A DNA stretch of 41,550 nucleotides from an uncultured Collinsella sp. (GTDB lineage: Bacteria > Actinomycetota > Coriobacteriia > Coriobacteriales > Coriobacteriaceae), in the NCBI GenBank assembly GCA_958421035.1, contig CATZKS010000001.1, positions 1-41,550 of the forward strand. The letters are read 5' to 3'. Positions 37,565-41,550 of this stretch are shown here, in pieces. A model generated the notes under the pieces. That model worked only from the letters and a program-made list of their open reading frames with translations. It was not told the DNA's origin and did not search any database. The position numbers and the translations under genes were made by a program. Every line of letters begins with the position of its first letter. Within the stretch, counting starts at the first letter, position 1.

Positions 37565-38473
37565 ATGATCAAACTTGTGCTGACCGATATGGACGATACG
37601 CTGATTCCAGCCGGGCATGACGGCGCCAGCGACTACGCCATCGAGGGCATTCATGCCATGCAGGCGGCGGGTCTGCACTTTGGCCCGGTTTCGGGTCGCC
37701 AGCCGTCCGCGATGGGCTGGATGTTCAAAAATCGTTCCGAGTGCTTCTCGACCGGCGCGTTCTGCAACGGCCAGGTCATGTTTGTGGACGGCGAGGCGGT
37801 AGCCTCGCGTGCGACCGACAACGCCGCCCTTATGCGCTTGGCTGACTACTTGGAGCAAGAGACCGATGATACGTATCTGAAGGTCTACAGCCTGGGTGAT
37901 GACTTTTGGGATAACGATGCCTACTGCGTGACGAGCGATCCCGAGCGCGTGCGCCGCGCCATGGAGTCGGGCGGCAACGCGTGGCTCAAGGGCGAAGAGG
38001 CCCCGTGCCGTCCTGTTGTCGATGATGCCCCGGTATACAAGGCGAATATCTGGAGCGCCCGCTCGCGCGAAGAACTCGCTGAGCTGCGCGAGCGCATTGC
38101 CGCGGAGGTGCCGGAGCTCTCGCTTGTGTTTCCCAACAACCGAGTGCGCCTGCTCGACATTCTTCCAGCAGGTTGGGACAAGGGTTGCGCTGCGCTGGAG
38201 CTGGCGCGCGCTTTGGACCTGACGCCCGACGAGGTGGCCGTATTTGGCGATTCCGATAACGACCTGCCCATGATCGATGCTGTTCCCAACTCCGTTGCAG
38301 TCGCCAATGCCAACGAGGCTGTCACGGCCGCCGCGCGCTGGCATATCGGCGCTGCGACAGACGATGCGGTTGCCGGGGCTCTGCATCAGATTGCCGCCTG
38401 CGCCGCGACGGGGGAGATGCCGCCGTTTATGCGCCTGCCGGGTACTGCCGACGCGAATCTCACTAACAGCTAA
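37565..38473 (+). CDS. Cof-type HAD superfamily hydrolase
   Basis: TDMDDTL, SGR, CNG, DKG, FGDSDNDLPM. Confidence 0.9.
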   Translation: MIKLVLTDMDDTLIPAGHDGASDYAIEGIHAMQAAGLHFGPVSGRQPSAMGWMFKNRSECFSTGAFCNGQVMFVDGEAVASRATDNAALMRLADYLEQETDDTYLKVYSLGDDFWDNDAYCVTSDPERVRRAMESGGNAWLKGEEAPCRPVVDDAPVYKANIWSARSREELAELRERIAAEVPELSLVFPNNRVRLLDILPAGWDKGCAALELARALDLTPDEVAVFGDSDNDLPMIDAVPNSVAVANANEAVTAAARWHIGAATDDAVAGALHQIAACAATGEMPPFMRLPGTADANLTNS

Positions 38474-38483
38474 GGAGACAGCC

Positions 38484-39380
38484 ATGAAGCTCCAGCAGCT
38501 CAGATATGTCGTCAAAGTTGCCGAATGCGGCAGCATTACCGAGGCCTCGCGCCGGCTCTTTGTGTCGCAGCCTTCGATTACCGCGTCGATTCGCGATCTC
38601 GAAAACGAGATGGGTGTGCACATCTTTGAGCGCACCAACAAGGGCGTCATTGTGTCCGAGGAAGGCGAGACCTTCTTGGGCTATGCGCGCCAGGTACTCG
38701 ACCAGGCCGACCTGCTCGAGGGCAAGTACAAGGGCGCATCCGAGCAGGTGCCGCACTTTAGTGTGAGCTGCCAGCATTATTCCTTTGCCGTCAACGCGTT
38801 TGTCGACGTGATCCGCGAGTTCGATGCCGCGCGCTACGACTTTACCCTGCGCGAGGAACAGACCCACGAGATTATCGAGGATGTCGCGCACATGAAAAGC
38901 GAGCTGGGCATCCTATATCTGTCCGAGCACAACCGCGAGGTCATCGAGCGCATGCTGGTGGCCAACGAGCTCGTGTTCGAAGGACTCTTCTGCGCCACGC
39001 CGCATGTCTTCGTCTGCGCCGACCATCCGCTGGCGGACCGCTCCAGCGTGACGCTCGAGGATCTGGAAGACTACCCGTTCCTGTCCTACGAGCAGGGCAG
39101 CTACAACTCGTTTTACTATTCCGAGGAGCTGACCTCGACGTTCGAGCGTCGCAAAAATATCCGCGTGCGCGACCGTGCGACGTTGTTCAATTTGGCCATG
39201 GGCCTCAACGGCTACACGGTATGCTCGGGCGTGATCAGCCACGAGCTCAACGGCCCCGGCATTATCTCGATTCCGCTCGACGTGGACGAGTACATGGAGA
39301 TTGGCATCATCACGCGCAAGAACACGACGCTTACGCGCTACGGTCGGGCCTATATCGACGCGATTCGTCAGCATATCTAG
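38484..39380 (+). CDS. LysR-family regulator (MtaR/CmbR-like)
   Basis: MKLQQLRY...SITEASRRLFVSQPS, FSVSCQHYSF, DRATLFNL..GLNGYT; start 38484 with AAGGAG. Confidence 0.92.
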   Translation: MKLQQLRYVVKVAECGSITEASRRLFVSQPSITASIRDLENEMGVHIFERTNKGVIVSEEGETFLGYARQVLDQADLLEGKYKGASEQVPHFSVSCQHYSFAVNAFVDVIREFDAARYDFTLREEQTHEIIEDVAHMKSELGILYLSEHNREVIERMLVANELVFEGLFCATPHVFVCADHPLADRSSVTLEDLEDYPFLSYEQGSYNSFYYSEELTSTFERRKNIRVRDRATLFNLAMGLNGYTVCSGVISHELNGPGIISIPLDVDEYMEIGIITRKNTTLTRYGRAYIDAIRQHI

Positions 39381-39429
39381 GCTGCTGTGCTCCGCACGGT
39401 TCAAGTCTCTTTATGACAGTCCAGACTGA

Positions 39430-39459
39430 TATAGGAAACATCTATATCAAACTGTTATA
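39430..39459. promoter_or_regulatory. MtaR/MetR-type LysR box TATAG-N7-CTATA plus an overlapping second box
   Basis: TATAGGAAACATCTATA (39430-39446) and TATATCAAACTGTTATA (39443-39459). Confidence 0.65.
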
Positions 39460-39535
39460 AACGTATATTTTACGATGGTCATATGAGCGCTCATACTCTG
39501 TCCCGGTAAAGCAACCAATGCAAAGGGAGATATCT

Positions 39536-40669
39536 ATGAGCACTTCGATTCAACCGAACGCGCCGTTTCGCGCCGATATCGTCGGCAGCTTTCTTCGTCC
39601 GCAGGCTGTAAAGGACGCCCGTGCCGCCTATGTCGCGGGTAAACTCGACGCTTCCGGCCTTAAGGCCGTCGAGGACGATGCCATTCGCGATTTGGTGGCC
39701 AAGCAGAAGGCCGCCGGCCTGCAGGTGATCACCGATGGCGAGTTCCGCCGCAGCTACTGGCACCTCGATTTTATGTGGGGCCTTAACGGCATTGAGCGCC
39801 GCACCTCACGCACGGGTTATATGTTCCATGATGAGGAGACGACGGCCGACACCGCCGTGGTTACTGGTCCCATTAGCGGCGAGAACCACCCGTTCGTCGA
39901 GCATTTTAAGTTCGTCAAGGCGCTTGAGGAGGAGGGCCAGGTCGCACGCCAGACCATTCCGGCGCCGATCCAGACGTTCTCTGAGGTCACGCTCGATCGC
40001 TGCGATGGCCAGCAGGAGAGCCTGCGCGCTGTCTATAAGACCGATGAGGAACTTGCCGACGCCATTGCAGCCGCTTATCGCACGGTGATCGCCGACCTGT
40101 ACGCAGCAGGCTGCCGCAACATCCAGTTTGATGACTGCACCTGGGGCATCTACTGCGATACCGATTTTGTCGCCAAAACCGGCATGAGCCCGGTCGACCT
40201 GCAAAAGGTAAGCGAGCTGGGCGTGGCGCTCAACAACGCCGCCATCGAGGGCAAGCCCGACGATTTGGTCATCAACACGCACGTGTGCCGCGGCAACTAC
40301 CACTCCACCTACGCTTTTGAAGGCGGCTACGACCCTATCGCTCCGTATCTGTTCGCACATGAGAATGTCGATGCGTTCTATCTGGAGTTCGACACGCCGC
40401 GCGCCGGCGGCTTTGAGCCGCTCAAGTACGTCGCTCCCGGCAAGAAGGTCGTGCTGGGCTTGGTAACCACCAAGGCGGCAGAGCTCGAGAACGAGGATGT
40501 TATCGTCGAGCGCATCCGCGAAGCCGCTAAGTACGTGCCGCTCGAGAATCTGTACCTGTCGCCCCAGTGCGGCTTTGCCAGCTGCGAGATTGGCAACAAG
40601 CTGACCGAGGACGAGCAATGGGCGAAGATCGCGCTGGTCAAGCGCATTGCCGAGCGCGTTTGGAAGTAA
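39536..40669 (+). CDS. Cobalamin-independent methionine synthase II family protein (single-barrel MetE/YxjH-like)
   Basis: RADIVGSFLRP, TDGEFRR..WHLDF, HVCRGN, YLEFD, LSPQCGFAS zinc ligands. Confidence 0.9.
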   Translation: MSTSIQPNAPFRADIVGSFLRPQAVKDARAAYVAGKLDASGLKAVEDDAIRDLVAKQKAAGLQVITDGEFRRSYWHLDFMWGLNGIERRTSRTGYMFHDEETTADTAVVTGPISGENHPFVEHFKFVKALEEEGQVARQTIPAPIQTFSEVTLDRCDGQQESLRAVYKTDEELADAIAAAYRTVIADLYAAGCRNIQFDDCTWGIYCDTDFVAKTGMSPVDLQKVSELGVALNNAAIEGKPDDLVINTHVCRGNYHSTYAFEGGYDPIAPYLFAHENVDAFYLEFDTPRAGGFEPLKYVAPGKKVVLGLVTTKAAELENEDVIVERIREAAKYVPLENLYLSPQCGFASCEIGNKLTEDEQWAKIALVKRIAERVWK

Positions 40670-40792
40670 CGCTAGCGTTTGCAGGTGGCGGCGCGTGCGA
40701 GGCATTGCGTATCGCGTACAATGGTTCGGATCGTATCGTTCGGGCAGGTTATCTGATATGCCTGATCGCCCTTCCATCATGAAAGGACTTCC

Positions 40793-40846
40793 ATGTCCCA
40801 ATCCTCGACGCCCGCCGTATCTGAACTCGAGGAGACTGTCGAATAG
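40793..40846 (+). pseudogene. 17-codon ORF with RBS and promoter; truncated gene remnant or small peptide
   Basis: TACAAT at 40717-40722, GAAAGGA RBS, MSQSSTPAVSELEETVE*. Confidence 0.35.
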
Positions 40847-40866
40847 TAGTTGTGTTCAGCTAAATC

Positions 40867-40908
40867 AAAAAATGGCGTCCATGCGTATGTACGCGTGGAC
40901 GCCATTTT
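40867..40908. terminator. Bidirectional intrinsic terminator
   Basis: AAAAATGGCGTCCATGCGTA...TACGCGTGGACGCCATTTTT. Confidence 0.8.
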
Positions 40909-41550
40909 TAATGCGTCAGTATCCAGTGGATGCCGCGCGCCATGCGCAGGTCAGTTTGGGCAAAGTGGTTGCCGGGGTTGAGCTCCAGCGTTGTTGGAAT
41001 GTCATGCTCGATAAACAGCTCTTCCATCGCACGCGTATCGTCGAGTACGTGCCGCATCATGCGGTTGGGCGTCTTGGTTTCCTTTTTACCGAGCGACAGA
41101 TAGGCGGCGTCGGGCGTGGCTGTCATCGTGCGCTCGCGCGCGTAGTCGATAAAGCCGGGGAACCATAACGACCCCGATGCACTCGCTGCGCGCTCAAAGA
41201 CATCTGTTTGCCAAAGTGCCCACAGTGCAAAAAGACCCGCCAACGAGTAGCCGGCAACGCCGCGCCAGGCGGGCGGTTGCGGGAGCGATGATTCGGCCTG
41301 GGGGATTATCTGCTTCAACAACTCGTCAAGAAAACCAGCAGCCTGTCCACCAAAGGGCTCGGCATCTCGTATAGTTCCCTCACATTCCCAGGGGCTCAGC
41401 TCGCGATTCCAATCGAGCCCTCCAATGGCGACAAGGGTGAACGGCGGGCAATCGAGCTCTCGGCAGCGCTCGTAGACTTCACTACCGTCGCCCATAACCA
41501 CGGGGAGGCAGATGACGGGCGCGCCTTCCGCACACTCTGAATAAACGGTT
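40908..41550 (-). CDS. Alpha/beta hydrolase (putative esterase), 5' end outside the window
   Basis: GYSLAG nucleophile motif, SGSLWFPGF, NPGNH; frame is open to the window edge. Confidence 0.85.
   Translation of the reverse strand, partial: TVYSECAEGAPVICLPVVMGDGSEVYERCRELDCPPFTLVAIGGLDWNRELSPWECEGTIRDAEPFGGQAAGFLDELLKQIIPQAESSLPQPPAWRGVAGYSLAGLFALWALWQTDVFERAASASGSLWFPGFIDYARERTMTATPDAAYLSLGKKETKTPNRMMRHVLDDTRAMEELFIEHDIPTTLELNPGNHFAQTDLRMARGIHWILTH

Overview
GC-rich (about 60% by eye) chromosomal window from a gut anaerobic actinobacterium; gene content and style suggest Coriobacteriaceae, probably Collinsella (inference). It holds about 37 housekeeping and accessory CDSs. Translation/RNA modification: trmO, prfC, RlmA-like, RsmJ-like, trmL and a TetM-like GTPase. 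Transport: K+ channel, ClC, YtrA-type GntR-ABC, VUT, DMT, MATE. Also ung, a class II UvrA, a COG0523 GTPase, two paralogous c-di-GMP enzymes, a TPP-riboswitch thiM-MTH1187-thiE operon and a LysR plus MetE-like pair. I see no rRNA, tRNA, integrase, transposase or cas gene. The most unusual signals are non-coding: (1) an array at 9297-9592 of eight 15-bp motifs in alternating orientation with 40-41 bp spacing; (2) a structured leader with possible kissing loops ahead of a VUT transporter + SDR operon (candidate new riboswitch); (3) a 244-bp MITE-like element; (4) three separate families of dispersed REP-like palindromes; (5) a 3x10-bp repeat before an AAA ATPase gene. An XRE-zinc ribbon-TipAS fusion regulator is also notable.
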